Assembly: GCA_964458565.1 (NCBI GenBank)
Contig: CAYWJO010000007.1
Location: 1 to 64,000 of the forward strand
Direction: 5' to 3'
Origin: an uncultured archaeon
GTDB lineage: Archaea; Asgardarchaeota; Thorarchaeia; Thorarchaeales; Thorarchaeaceae
Length of the DNA: 64,000 nt
The notes under the pieces were generated by a model. It worked only from the letters and a program-made list of their open reading frames with translations, was not told the DNA's origin and searched no databases. This document shows, piece after piece, positions 41,127-51,431 of this stretch (positions within the stretch are counted from its first letter, which is position 1; each line of letters starts with the position of its first letter). The position numbers and the translations under genes are program-made.

Positions 41127-41441
41127 TCACTTATTCTCCAACTTCTCTATCTTGAAGATGACTGGTCTTAATCCATCACCACAGGGTTGATAGGTGACTC
41201 CCGATTTGGGGTAGTTGTAATCCCCTCCATTATAATAGACCATTAGAGTGGTATAGAGGTCCTGCCAAGCTCTTCCGCAGAAATCCTTGGGTCTATCAAG
41301 ATGATGGTCTATAATGAATTCTTCTCCGTCCTCATAACTACAGGGACCAATGATTTCTCCATTTTCACGCTTCATTGTGTGACCAAAGACGTCTTCCGGG
41401 CTGAATCTTTTAACAACTGTAACTTTCAGTTTTGTATTCAT
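41127..41441 (-). CDS. TIGR04076-family small Cys protein
   Basis: C...GEEF...FCGRAW..L...CGDGLRPVIFKIE. Confidence 0.8.
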   Translation of the reverse strand: MNTKLKVTVVKRFSPEDVFGHTMKRENGEIIGPCSYEDGEEFIIDHHLDRPKDFCGRAWQDLYTTLMVYYNGGDYNYPKSGVTYQPCGDGLRPVIFKIEKLENK

Positions 41442-41656
41442 TCCACTCTCTCCTCGACTGATGAATTACATTGATGCCACTTCTTCTTGTCTTTAGGATT
41501 TACCCACTCACGCAAAGGATGTTTAGGAATTAACGTGTAATGATAACTTTGTATAGACAGAATCAATGTTGTCAGTTGCAGATGAAATCAGAAATCACAA
41601 TAACAGCGCCTCAAATTATGTGGTTGTTGAAAATCCGATCTAAGGCTCCATAATCT

Positions 41657-42037
41657 TTAATTCTCATGATTGTTGCAATAGTCATTAACTATATCGTCTA
41701 CGTTTATTCCAGACTGTTTTATCAGTAGATGATCTCCTTGCATATCTTTGAATGCCTTAAACACGAGATAACCCCCAACCAATAGGAGAATGATTATTCC
41801 TGCAGAAAGCCCCAGGATAAATGGCAGAACACTCTCTAGTTCATAATATTGAGAAGTAGCAATGAGTATCGTGAGCAGTGACATAGGAATTGTAATTATT
41901 CCAATTCCAGTTCTAAGTTCTGCGAGATGGGTACGTTTTTCCGCCTCGATAGTACGAATTATTGCTAATCTAGTTGTGATATGTCTGTCATTGCCATCTG
42001 AATGATTGAATCGAACTTCGGTGTCCATGGTTTTCAC
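41657..42037 (-). CDS. DUF202-like small membrane protein
   Basis: AEKRTHLAELRTG plus two TMs. Confidence 0.65.
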   Translation of the reverse strand: MKTMDTEVRFNHSDGNDRHITTRLAIIRTIEAEKRTHLAELRTGIGIITIPMSLLTILIATSQYYELESVLPFILGLSAGIIILLLVGGYLVFKAFKDMQGDHLLIKQSGINVDDIVNDYCNNHEN

Positions 42038-42042
42038 TTTTC

Positions 42043-42348
42043 TCAGGTCTGTCTACGTTTTTTTCCCATCATTTTCATTAAAACAATTCTAGCTTGTTCA
42101 GGACCATATAACTCAGACAGTCTCTCTAAGACCTCATCCTCTTCCATCTTATCCAGCCATTTTTCTATCTGTTTCTGCATCTCAGGCGAGAGGTCTTTCG
42201 CTAACTTTTTAGCTCGTTCCTTTCTTCCAAGATCAAAATCATCCGGTCCCAAAAGGCTCATTTTCATACACCAACATTGACTATCATAAAGTGAACATTT
42301 GACCTTTGTCATCTGGCTGTTAGAATCATCATCTAATATAGTCCACAT
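42043..42348 (-). CDS. Hypothetical protein (true start probably at MKMSLL)
   Basis: Charged helical ORF; 5-bp gap to the next gene. Confidence 0.55.
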   Translation of the reverse strand: MWTILDDDSNSQMTKVKCSLYDSQCWCMKMSLLGPDDFDLGRKERAKKLAKDLSPEMQKQIEKWLDKMEEDEVLERLSELYGPEQARIVLMKMMGKKRRQT

Positions 42349-42421
42349 TACGCTTGATAAGTAGATAAAAAAGGGTGTTGGAATGCTACTAGTGAAATTA
42401 TAGCAAACAGGAATTTTCTAT

Positions 42422-44131
42422 ATGCCAAGGCAAAGCCGAAAGGAACTACAATGGTGGAAAAAGACCACAGTATACCAAGTATATCCCCGAAGCTTCAAAG
42501 ATAGCACAGGTAACGGAATTGGAGATATTCCCGGTATTATATCCAAATTAGATTACTTGCAAGACTTGGGGATTGAAACAATCTGGGTTTCACCGTTATT
42601 CTCTAGTCCCCAAGCGGACCATGGTTATGATGTCAGTAACTACCGCGATATCGCGCCAGAATATGGCACACTGTCTGATTGTGAACGGCTCATAAATGAG
42701 ATTCATAATCGTGAAATGTATGCAGTATTTGATATGGTTTTGAACCATACCAGTGATCAGCACAATTGGTTCTTAGAATCTCGGGAAAGCCGTGATAACC
42801 CGAAACGTGATTGGTATATATGGCATGATGGACAGAAACCCGGTGGAAAAAAGCCTCCGAATAACTGGAATTCGATGGTTGGAGGTTCTGGATGGCATTA
42901 TGATGAATTGACCGATCAATGGTACTGGGCACAGTTCCTTCCTTTTCAGCCAGATCTCAACTACCGTAATGCTGAAGTGAAGGAAGAGATGTTTGATACA
43001 GTCCGCTTCTGGTTGGATAAAGGGGTTGATGGTTTTCGCTTGGATATAATTAATACCATATACGAAGACCCCGCTCTAAGAGATAATCCCTTTGCTTGGA
43101 CTTACCTGCCTTCAGAAGAACACACAAAGAGCTTCTTCAAGGACAACATCTACACAATAAATCATCCTGACAACTTCATCTTTGTAAAAGAACTACGTAG
43201 TGTTATGAACGAATTTTCAGATCCAGAACGATTCTTGGTGGGTGAAGTAGGAGCTCCTTTGGCTATTCTGAAACAATACTGTGGTGATATCGTTGATGAA
43301 ACGGTTACCGATGGACTTCATTTGATTTTTCAATTTCAATCATTAGGTGCAAAGTTAACAGCTGGCAGATTTAGAACTCTGTTCCAAGACTATGAGCAGG
43401 TCTTCTCGGAGCCCTATATTCCAACCTGGGTGTTTTCCAATCACGATCAAAAACGACGGATAAGTAGACTGAATGGGAATGTGGAAAAAGCCAAACTCAA
43501 TACCACATTGCAACTCACGACCCGAGGTGTTCCATTCATCTACTATGGTGAAGAAATCGGGATGCTTCAGTCTAAAATCCCTCTTAAAAGTGCACAAGAC
43601 CCTGTTGCTCAGAAACTCGCATTGTTGCCCCGCATACTTACCTCTTTATTTCAGAAAATTGGGGATATCTCATTGAATCGAGATGAGTGCAGGACACCAA
43701 TGCAATGGGATTCAGGACCCAATGCAGGGTTTTGCCAATCAGAAACCAACCCGTGGCTGCCTATAGGACCAGATTATGAAGAGATTAATGTTGACATAGA
43801 AGAAAGTGACCCTGCTTCTTTACTTAATTGTTACAAGGAATTATTGAAACTTCGTCGCAAAACACCCGCTCTGCATTCCGGAGCGCTTAGATTTAGTCAA
43901 CTCCATAATGGTCAAAAATCACTCCTAATGTATGAACGAATATTCAGCAGTGACGAATCAGAACAAATAGTAGAAATCTGGTTAAATCTTTCAGATAAAT
44001 CAATTCAAGTTGCCCAGGATTTGATTTCCTGTAAACTAAGATTTTCTACGATGAAGAGTACAACTCCACTCCGTGATGATAGTTTGTACCTAGAACCTCA
44101 TCAGGGAATTGTTCTAGAGATTGTAGACTGA
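42422..44131 (+). CDS. GH13 alpha-glucosidase / oligo-1,6-glucosidase
   Basis: YQVYPRSF, QPDLN, DGFRLD, GE, NHD, RDECRTPMQW. Confidence 0.95.
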   Translation: MPRQSRKELQWWKKTTVYQVYPRSFKDSTGNGIGDIPGIISKLDYLQDLGIETIWVSPLFSSPQADHGYDVSNYRDIAPEYGTLSDCERLINEIHNREMYAVFDMVLNHTSDQHNWFLESRESRDNPKRDWYIWHDGQKPGGKKPPNNWNSMVGGSGWHYDELTDQWYWAQFLPFQPDLNYRNAEVKEEMFDTVRFWLDKGVDGFRLDIINTIYEDPALRDNPFAWTYLPSEEHTKSFFKDNIYTINHPDNFIFVKELRSVMNEFSDPERFLVGEVGAPLAILKQYCGDIVDETVTDGLHLIFQFQSLGAKLTAGRFRTLFQDYEQVFSEPYIPTWVFSNHDQKRRISRLNGNVEKAKLNTTLQLTTRGVPFIYYGEEIGMLQSKIPLKSAQDPVAQKLALLPRILTSLFQKIGDISLNRDECRTPMQWDSGPNAGFCQSETNPWLPIGPDYEEINVDIEESDPASLLNCYKELLKLRRKTPALHSGALRFSQLHNGQKSLLMYERIFSSDESEQIVEIWLNLSDKSIQVAQDLISCKLRFSTMKSTTPLRDDSLYLEPHQGIVLEIVD

Positions 44132-44387
44132 TTCGGATGAGTTACCCGTCAACAAACCTTTCTTCGTTATTTGGGAGGTATAGTTTACGTGATGAGCAGA
44201 ATTTATTAGTTAATCGTATGACTAACATATGAGTCCTCTGATTCCAATCCGAGGATATTGTGAGTTGGAGATGGATTCGGGCTTGATGATTGGATAACAT
44301 CAATCGTAAGCGTTAGAGAATGTATCCATTACAAGTGCATTATCCGCCGCTTCATATTCGAATTCTTCCAAATTAGGGGCATGAAAC

Positions 44388-47351
44388 ATGATATCATCAA
44401 AACATGTTCAAATCGTTGGATTTCTGCTTCTTTTTCTTCTACCAATGTTTGGATTGTATTATAGCAATAAGAAGGAAATACCAACGGTCTATATTGTAAT
44501 ATCGGATAATTATGATGTAAGAGTGGACTTGGCATCAACTACAATTCATAAGGAGTTTGAATCTGTAAGAGTAAAAGTAATTGAGATATTGTTGAGCCAA
44601 TGGGATAAAATACGAGGTAAACCTGATGCTTTAGTCATCATAGGTCATGGCCGAACAGACGGAATTGAAACCCCTTCGGGTGTGCTTCCATGGACTGAAC
44701 TCTATACAGATATTTCTGTGATTGACCCAACGCGAACAGTAGTCCTTGCATGCAAATCGCCTACAGATTTGAGATACAACATCTATGGATTTGTTGGGCA
44801 AATCGATGCTGAAGCAGGGGCATTATTATCAGTATGGCATATCCGCCAGATTATCAATTATGATATAATGGATACTACTTGTCGTCAACGTATTTTTGAA
44901 TGTCAACTGAATATGGCAAATCCGTTGGGCACTTATCTATACTTTGTACATGGTTACTATGGAAATAATGGTGAATTTGATCATATGATAAATATAATCC
45001 AGCCTGATCTATTATTGAAGTATGATGGATTCAGGTATTTCGATTATTTTGAAGACTATCCTAGTCTAACTCCAATTGAGATTCACAATGTCGAGTTTGG
45101 TATATCAGCATATGCTAATAATTTTGCCAACAAAATTCTTAGTTCTCATAATTCAGGAGATCAGATTGACATCGTTGCACACAGTATGGGTGGAATCATC
45201 ACACGAGAACTATTGAATCTTAATCGAACAGAATTGGATTTAGCTGGAATTGGAATTGGAAAAATCATCACATTAGGAACACCTCATTTGGGAACAGTTG
45301 CAGCGGTGAATCCTGTTGGAGATTTGGTAGCATTCATCATGTCATTAATGGGACAAAATTGGGACACACCCGTCTTTCGCTCTTTAGCACCAGATAGTGC
45401 TCTAATGTATTTTCTCAATTACAACCCCATGATTTACTCAGAAGGTATTGAATGGTATACCATAGCTGGAATAAACTATGCCGTCAATGCACAATTTATG
45501 GGTATATTCGAAGGTGATAACGACGGGATTGTTGCTGTCAGTAGTGCTCATCTATCTTTTTCAGATCAGCTTACAATCGAGGATATCGCTCATGAAAACT
45601 TAATCAATGATACTCTGTATTGCACTTATGGATATATTGACGAATGGCTCGTTGGACCTCTTGATTCTGATGGTGATGACATCTCCAATGCCTTAGAGAT
45701 TAGTGTCTATCATACAAACCCCTACAATACAGATAGTGATGGAGATGGAATGCCAGATGATTGGGAAATACGGTTCCTTCCTGACCTGAATCCTCTGACA
45801 GATGACGCACATGCTGACTGTGATTCGGATGATCTGGATAACATAAACGAGTATTTACTGGGAACTGATGTTTTGGACTTTGATAGTGATGATGATTATC
45901 TCTACGATGGAGAGGAAGTTGATGACTATCTGACAGATCCTCTCAATAGTGATTCGGATTATGACACTTTATTGGATGGGGATGAAATCGATATCTATGG
46001 TTCCGACCCCCTGAGCATCGATTCTGATGATGATGGAATGCCAGATCAGTGGGAGGCACAATATTACGACTTGCTTTACTTAAATTATGATGACTCACAG
46101 GATGATCTTGATAGTGATGGTCTAGATAATCTAGATGAGTATCTGTATGGTAGTGATGCCTTCAATATAGACAGCGATGGTGACTCGTTGTTTGATGGGA
46201 ATGAAGTTAATCAATACTTTACAGACCCGATGGATTCTGATAGTGATGATGATGAACTTAGTGACGGGTACGAAATCAATACGTCACATACATATCCCTA
46301 TGACTGGGACAGCGACGATGATACGCTCTCTGATGGATTTGAGTTGGATGCCGGGTCGGACCCTATGAGTAGTGATGGAGATTCTGATCAGATGCCTGAC
46401 GTGTGGGAAGTGCAGTATATGCCTTACCTAGACCCAATGTATCCTGATGCATATTATGACTGCGATGATGACGAATTGACCAATCTAAATGAATACCTTC
46501 TCTCCACAAACCCTATTGACTGTGACAGTGATTCAGACCAAATGCCTGATGGCTGGGAGGTGCAATATGGTCTGAATCCACTCGTTGATGACTCTCAATC
46601 CGACCTAGACTCAGATGATCTAACAAATGTTCAAGAATATATCTGTGAAACATTTCCAGACGATTCTGACAGTGACAATGATGCCATACCAGATGAATGG
46701 GAGGTACAAAACGGTCTGAATCCGCTGTTTAGTGATGCACAACAGGACACAGATGCAGATGGACTGAGTAATCTGGAGGAATATCAGTATTCCACCAATC
46801 CGCAGGACTCTGACAGTGACAATGATGCCCTATCCGACTGGGTAGAGATCTATACCTATTCAACGGATCCGCTTGACAATGATTCTGACAATGATGCTCT
46901 GACCGATGGTTCTGAGATCAACAGTCATGGAACCAATCCACTGGCATGGAGCACCGATGCAGATTTTTTGAGCGATGGTCAGGAGATTGCCTGGGGGTAT
47001 GATCCCAATGACTCGGACGACCCAATAACAGCTACAGAACTCATCGCCTCAGCATGGAGCAAGTCCATCCTTGGGTATGTCCGAGTGAATGACCCTCTTG
47101 CTGTGGACTATGTAAAGGTGTACGTGAAATACAAGGACAGTTCTGGTTGGTGGACGAACTATTATTACCTGGGTCGGGTCGATGATGTACATCCGGTCTA
47201 TCAGGATTACTATATGTGTTGGACCCTTCAATATGGCTATGTCCAGATGAAGGTGTATGTCAAAGCCTATGACTCTGGTGCTCACTTCATAGGGAGTGAT
47301 GTCTACTATGCGAACATAAAGACTGATGGAGGTGACCCTCCGCCTCTGTAA
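44388..47351 (+). CDS. Secreted alpha/beta hydrolase (lipase/PGAP1-like) with TSP3-like Ca-binding repeats
   Basis: VHG, AHSMGG, LGTPHLG, DGIV, H; many DSDxDxMPDxWE repeats. Confidence 0.85.
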   Translation: MISSKHVQIVGFLLLFLLPMFGLYYSNKKEIPTVYIVISDNYDVRVDLASTTIHKEFESVRVKVIEILLSQWDKIRGKPDALVIIGHGRTDGIETPSGVLPWTELYTDISVIDPTRTVVLACKSPTDLRYNIYGFVGQIDAEAGALLSVWHIRQIINYDIMDTTCRQRIFECQLNMANPLGTYLYFVHGYYGNNGEFDHMINIIQPDLLLKYDGFRYFDYFEDYPSLTPIEIHNVEFGISAYANNFANKILSSHNSGDQIDIVAHSMGGIITRELLNLNRTELDLAGIGIGKIITLGTPHLGTVAAVNPVGDLVAFIMSLMGQNWDTPVFRSLAPDSALMYFLNYNPMIYSEGIEWYTIAGINYAVNAQFMGIFEGDNDGIVAVSSAHLSFSDQLTIEDIAHENLINDTLYCTYGYIDEWLVGPLDSDGDDISNALEISVYHTNPYNTDSDGDGMPDDWEIRFLPDLNPLTDDAHADCDSDDLDNINEYLLGTDVLDFDSDDDYLYDGEEVDDYLTDPLNSDSDYDTLLDGDEIDIYGSDPLSIDSDDDGMPDQWEAQYYDLLYLNYDDSQDDLDSDGLDNLDEYLYGSDAFNIDSDGDSLFDGNEVNQYFTDPMDSDSDDDELSDGYEINTSHTYPYDWDSDDDTLSDGFELDAGSDPMSSDGDSDQMPDVWEVQYMPYLDPMYPDAYYDCDDDELTNLNEYLLSTNPIDCDSDSDQMPDGWEVQYGLNPLVDDSQSDLDSDDLTNVQEYICETFPDDSDSDNDAIPDEWEVQNGLNPLFSDAQQDTDADGLSNLEEYQYSTNPQDSDSDNDALSDWVEIYTYSTDPLDNDSDNDALTDGSEINSHGTNPLAWSTDADFLSDGQEIAWGYDPNDSDDPITATELIASAWSKSILGYVRVNDPLAVDYVKVYVKYKDSSGWWTNYYYLGRVDDVHPVYQDYYMCWTLQYGYVQMKVYVKAYDSGAHFIGSDVYYANIKTDGGDPPPL

Positions 47352-47375
47352 TAGAGTCTAATTTGCATCTAGAAG

Positions 47376-48587
47376 ATGGAAATCATCATATACACGAAGT
47401 CAGTATGGGAGAAGATGGCTAACATGAGTAATAGTCGGGTATCAATACTGAGAGCCAATATCATAGTTGCAAGTATTTTATTCATTATAACAATCAGTCC
47501 CTCAGTTAATGCAATCTCTTGTTGCAGAGAATCAACTACTGAGCATTCTATGGACACGATTTGGACAGAAATAACTCATGGCTATATTCGTGAGGATGTC
47601 ATGCCTTGGGATATAAAATTCAAGAATATAACACATGGCTGGGTTCTCAGTCAGAATGAGAGTAGTTTTGGTGATGGAATCATCCTATTCACAAATGATA
47701 GTGGATACTCATGGAATCTCCAAGTATACAGGGAACTGATGTGGTTCTCACGAATCACATTTGTTGAAACAACTGTCTGGATAACTGCACAGGGTGGGCT
47801 GTTTCGCTCTGACACTGATGGAAAGACCTGGGAATACCTTGCACTTGGTGAGGATACTGATGGATTCAGAGGAATATGCTTCATCAACGATACTGTTGGG
47901 TGGACAGGTTCAAATCGGGGGATATACAAGACAGAAGACGGAGGTTCATCATGGGACGAGATTACAACATGGCCCTTTGGTGATATTCCGCTTGATATCC
48001 ATTTCACAACCGAACAAAATGGATGGATCACAGGGGGCTATGGTATCTATCATAGTGTTGATGGAGGTATCACATGGGTGCGAGAACACAGCAAGGGTGG
48101 ATGGCGGTTCTCTTTCATCAGTGCAACTGATGCTTGGGTGGTGGGAGACAACATGCTCGCTCACATGGTTGATGGAGAAAACTGGATTGAACAATCGCGC
48201 CCTACAAATGAGTATAGTAGACCTCCGTATTTTACAGATATTCTATTTCTAAATAAGACTCATGGCTGGATTGGTGGTTCCACTCCTCAGATAGCTCACA
48301 CTCAGAATGGGGGAGTTGACTGGTATAAACAGTCTGTTGCTGAAGATGGGAGAATCTATGCAATATGGTTCTATAACGAATCTCTTGGCTGGGCGACAGG
48401 TAGAGATGGCCGCATTTTTAGAACGACCATAGGAAGCGAGCTGGGAGAATTCTCATGGAGCACATCGACTCCTACTCTTGTATACGGTGTTGGCTTTGCG
48501 ATTATTGCTGTCATCAGCATCTCACTCGTTTTTGTAAGATATAGGAGAAAACACTCGGTTAGATTTCAAGCTCCAGTTATCGAATGA
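47376..48587 (+). CDS. YCF48/BNR-repeat beta-propeller surface protein
   Basis: Repeated F.N...GW and T.DGG.SW units; C-terminal TM. Confidence 0.85.
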   Translation: MEIIIYTKSVWEKMANMSNSRVSILRANIIVASILFIITISPSVNAISCCRESTTEHSMDTIWTEITHGYIREDVMPWDIKFKNITHGWVLSQNESSFGDGIILFTNDSGYSWNLQVYRELMWFSRITFVETTVWITAQGGLFRSDTDGKTWEYLALGEDTDGFRGICFINDTVGWTGSNRGIYKTEDGGSSWDEITTWPFGDIPLDIHFTTEQNGWITGGYGIYHSVDGGITWVREHSKGGWRFSFISATDAWVVGDNMLAHMVDGENWIEQSRPTNEYSRPPYFTDILFLNKTHGWIGGSTPQIAHTQNGGVDWYKQSVAEDGRIYAIWFYNESLGWATGRDGRIFRTTIGSELGEFSWSTSTPTLVYGVGFAIIAVISISLVFVRYRRKHSVRFQAPVIE

Positions 48588-48870
48588 GTATGTATATGAC
48601 ACGATCTCATTGATGCGTAGCGTTATTCTTATAACACTCTATGATTGTGCCTGTCAAAGCATGGGGATCGTACTAGAGGTTAAGATTAAATTTATCCAGT
48701 TCACCCTCGCTCTGATGAAATACGAAACAGATAGGACACTCAACATAATGAATACGGATGAATAGTTGTCCAATGCTACATCAACATTAGAAAAATAAAT
48801 GAGAATATTCAATTCTTTAACAATGAAAAAGACTATAGGCAGTTATACTATTTAAATCTGAGAAAAGGGA

Positions 48871-49263
48871 GTGAGATTGATGTCTTCGAAGAAATCATCC
48901 AAGGATAAAGAATTAGTAGTATTTGAATACCAATATGCCCCTGATTTCAAAGAATATTATGTTACAGGAGCAAGAGGTGGGATTCAGAATATCTACCATC
49001 TAAGACTCGATTTCTATTCAGAGAGAATAAGACTGCGATCTATGGAGGATGTCTTGGTTGAAGACGAAAAAGGCAAAAGAGTCATTATACCTAGAAAAGC
49101 TAAAAAGGGACCAGAAGTTGTTGAACGTAATTTCAAAATAGGTCTTAATTTATCGTTTAATGCTGTGAAAGAATTAGCAAATTTCCTTAATGTAAAAGTC
49201 AAAGAAATTGAAGAACTTGAAGAAAGAATGAACAAAGAAGGAATCATAGAAGAGGAGGGTTAG
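48871..49263 (+). CDS. Hypothetical protein, DUF3467-like
   Basis: YVTGARGG...LRLDFY...L.F..VKELA pattern. Confidence 0.6.
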   Translation: MRLMSSKKSSKDKELVVFEYQYAPDFKEYYVTGARGGIQNIYHLRLDFYSERIRLRSMEDVLVEDEKGKRVIIPRKAKKGPEVVERNFKIGLNLSFNAVKELANFLNVKVKEIEELEERMNKEGIIEEEG

Positions 49264-49265
49264 TC

Positions 49266-49601
49266 ATGTCAGAGGAGAATTGGATTTCAAGCATTCGTAA
49301 AGAAACCGGTTCAACCTATGCTGGATGGTATAGGCCAAATGGAATTGAAGGCACAGCAGCTATCTCGCGACCAATTTCGTTTGATATAATAGTATCTCCC
49401 AAAGGCATCGAAAGGAAATCGGATACAGGAAGAACGTGGATCACATTGATGAGAGAAAGTGATAATGTTTTTGACAAACTTTTCGGATTGCTAGATGAAG
49501 ATTCAGCAAAGAAGCTTGAGCTATTAATTTCTGAAATCAGAAAGGAAATGGATGACGATTTTAGAGAGAGAACAAGAGAGATGTTTGATGATTCTAGCTG
49601 A
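49266..49601 (+). CDS. Putative antitoxin (VapB-like C-terminus)
   Basis: Overlaps the PIN gene start; LFGLLDE...EIRKEMD tail. Confidence 0.6.
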   Translation: MSEENWISSIRKETGSTYAGWYRPNGIEGTAAISRPISFDIIVSPKGIERKSDTGRTWITLMRESDNVFDKLFGLLDEDSAKKLELLISEIRKEMDDDFRERTREMFDDSS

Positions 49602-49983
49602 TACTTCTTTTATCATTGATATATTGAGAGGAAATAAAGAAGCGAAAAAGCTGCAAGAAAGATATACTGCTACTAATCAGAGTACCGTTATTTCTACGAT
49701 TTCATTATATGAGCTCTTTATAGGAGTATCAAAAGCTGAATTTCCTAATGAAGAAGAAGAAAAAATTAACAAATTACTTAATCGACTCTTAACAACTGAA
49801 TTTGATGAGATGAGTGCGAAAGAAGCAGGAAGCATATATGTTAATTTGAAGCATCGTGGAGAACTGATAGGTTCTATTGATATTCTTCTTGCGGGTATAG
49901 CAAAATCAAGTGGAATTCCAATAATAACCCGTAATGATGACCATTTCAAGAGGATTCAAGGGCTTGATGTAATTACGTATTAA
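49588..49983 (+). CDS. vapC: PIN-domain VapC ribonuclease toxin
   Basis: ILADTSFIID, SLYEL, DILLAG, ITRN..HF.RI.GL. Confidence 0.93.
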   Translation: MILADTSFIIDILRGNKEAKKLQERYTATNQSTVISTISLYELFIGVSKAEFPNEEEEKINKLLNRLLTTEFDEMSAKEAGSIYVNLKHRGELIGSIDILLAGIAKSSGIPIITRNDDHFKRIQGLDVITY

Positions 49984-49996
49984 CCAATCACTTGAC

Positions 49997-51333
49997 TAAT
50001 GAATCTAGAGATACCAATATCTCAACTCTCTGGGTTTTCTTAGAGAATTTCGATTTTTCCAAATAAACCTATTATTCAATCATCTTGTTTTGGTTAGCTT
50101 GGCTATGAGGACCTATCTCTTACATGTGTTGAGTGAACTGTAAGAAATTTCTGTGTTTCACCTTTCTTACGACTACTGTCACCAGCCTTCTTCTGTTTTG
50201 ACTCATTAGAAGCGACGTAATCTTTCTCCAACTTCATTTGGACATGGTCCATCTGTTGACACCAGGTTTCTGTCCTCTGCATTTTGTTTTCATTAGCGTC
50301 AGATACATTTTTTGTTCTAATGATAGCAGAAGGGTTTTCCACAGTCTTTTCCATGGCAGGGTCTTTAGTGTTATCAAACATAGCTAATGATGTCTGACTC
50401 TCACACTCAGCCACGGATCGTCTCCTTGAATCTGACGACTTCGAAGACGATATGGACTCCCTTTTAGAGCATTTACTCCTTGAGGTATTTGGGATGGCTT
50501 TTGACTTGCAAAGCCAAACTCCTAGTCCATTCTTCTCATCTCTTAGTGAATTGATGAGCTTGATGACACGCATTCCAATATTGATTGCTCCATTAAGGTC
50601 TGCGTTTGCTCTGAAACCACAAGTGTGACAAATGAAAAGACTTTGTTTTGGTCGTACTCCCTTGTTCCCACATCTATGACATATAATCGAGGTCCAAGCT
50701 TCATTGACTGCCAAGAATCTTTTTTTGTCAAATCCTTTAGTTACCAAGGAATGTTCAAGATAGACTCTTATACGAGCAAAAGACCATCGATGTATCATTC
50801 TTCGATATTTCTTACCTCTCAGATTACCTCTCCTCGCTGATTCACGAATTCCACGAAGTTTTCCTATGGCAATCCATATGTCATAGTCTTTTGTTAACTC
50901 AATGATTCTGGAAACAATATCACTCACAAGTTTCTTATCGAATTCTTTACTAACTCTATCTCGTTTCCCACTCAAGATTCTTAATCGTTTAGCGACTTGG
51001 CTTGAATCCTTTCTTTGTGATATCAGGCGTTCCTTCATTTTCTGTAGACTAGCAATATTCTCGTCATATTTTGATATGACTTGCAGCTTGTCATCTTGAT
51101 ACCAATACTGAACATGTTTGAATCCAGATTTTGTCAATAAGACAGTGCATGCTGCTTTATCAATACCCAAATCGATTCCAAAAACAGCAGAGGGTTTTCC
51201 AACCGACTCGATTTTTTGAACATCTATTGTGACTGTAAAAATCGCCCACCATTTCTTATGGGTGTCCTTGAAGAGTCTTACAGTCTTTACATTCCCACGT
51301 TTCATTTGTCTGAGATGAAATGTAATGAATCTA
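49997..51333. repeat. 11-bp direct repeat TAATGAATCTA (49997-50007 and 51323-51333) flanking the TnpB segment
   Basis: Exact match; right copy lies at the apparent ORF truncation point. Confidence 0.6.
50103..51305 (-). CDS. tnpB: TnpB-family RNA-guided nuclease, N-terminally truncated, rearranged RuvC-II
   Basis: GIDLG, IAIGKL, VNEAWTS, CxxC...CxxC, NADLNGAIN; upstream frame closes after about 15 codons. Confidence 0.85.
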   Translation of the reverse strand: MKRGNVKTVRLFKDTHKKWWAIFTVTIDVQKIESVGKPSAVFGIDLGIDKAACTVLLTKSGFKHVQYWYQDDKLQVISKYDENIASLQKMKERLISQRKDSSQVAKRLRILSGKRDRVSKEFDKKLVSDIVSRIIELTKDYDIWIAIGKLRGIRESARRGNLRGKKYRRMIHRWSFARIRVYLEHSLVTKGFDKKRFLAVNEAWTSIICHRCGNKGVRPKQSLFICHTCGFRANADLNGAINIGMRVIKLINSLRDEKNGLGVWLCKSKAIPNTSRSKCSKRESISSSKSSDSRRRSVAECESQTSLAMFDNTKDPAMEKTVENPSAIIRTKNVSDANENKMQRTETWCQQMDHVQMKLEKDYVASNESKQKKAGDSSRKKGETQKFLTVHSTHVRDRSS

Positions 51334-51431
51334 AGACCAGTTAATTTGCATCACATCTTCATTGCCTATCTATTTTCATCGATATTTATGAATAAGTTTA
51401 TCAATCAAATAAAAAGGGCATGTATAGTCAT

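Noticed and set aside
45660-47020. Periodic sequence as a DNA repeat array
   Set aside because: The repeats are degenerate at DNA level and explained by TSP3-like protein repeats
50103-51430. TnpB as a CRISPR-Cas12f effector
   Set aside because: No repeat-spacer array or cas genes were seen anywhere in the window
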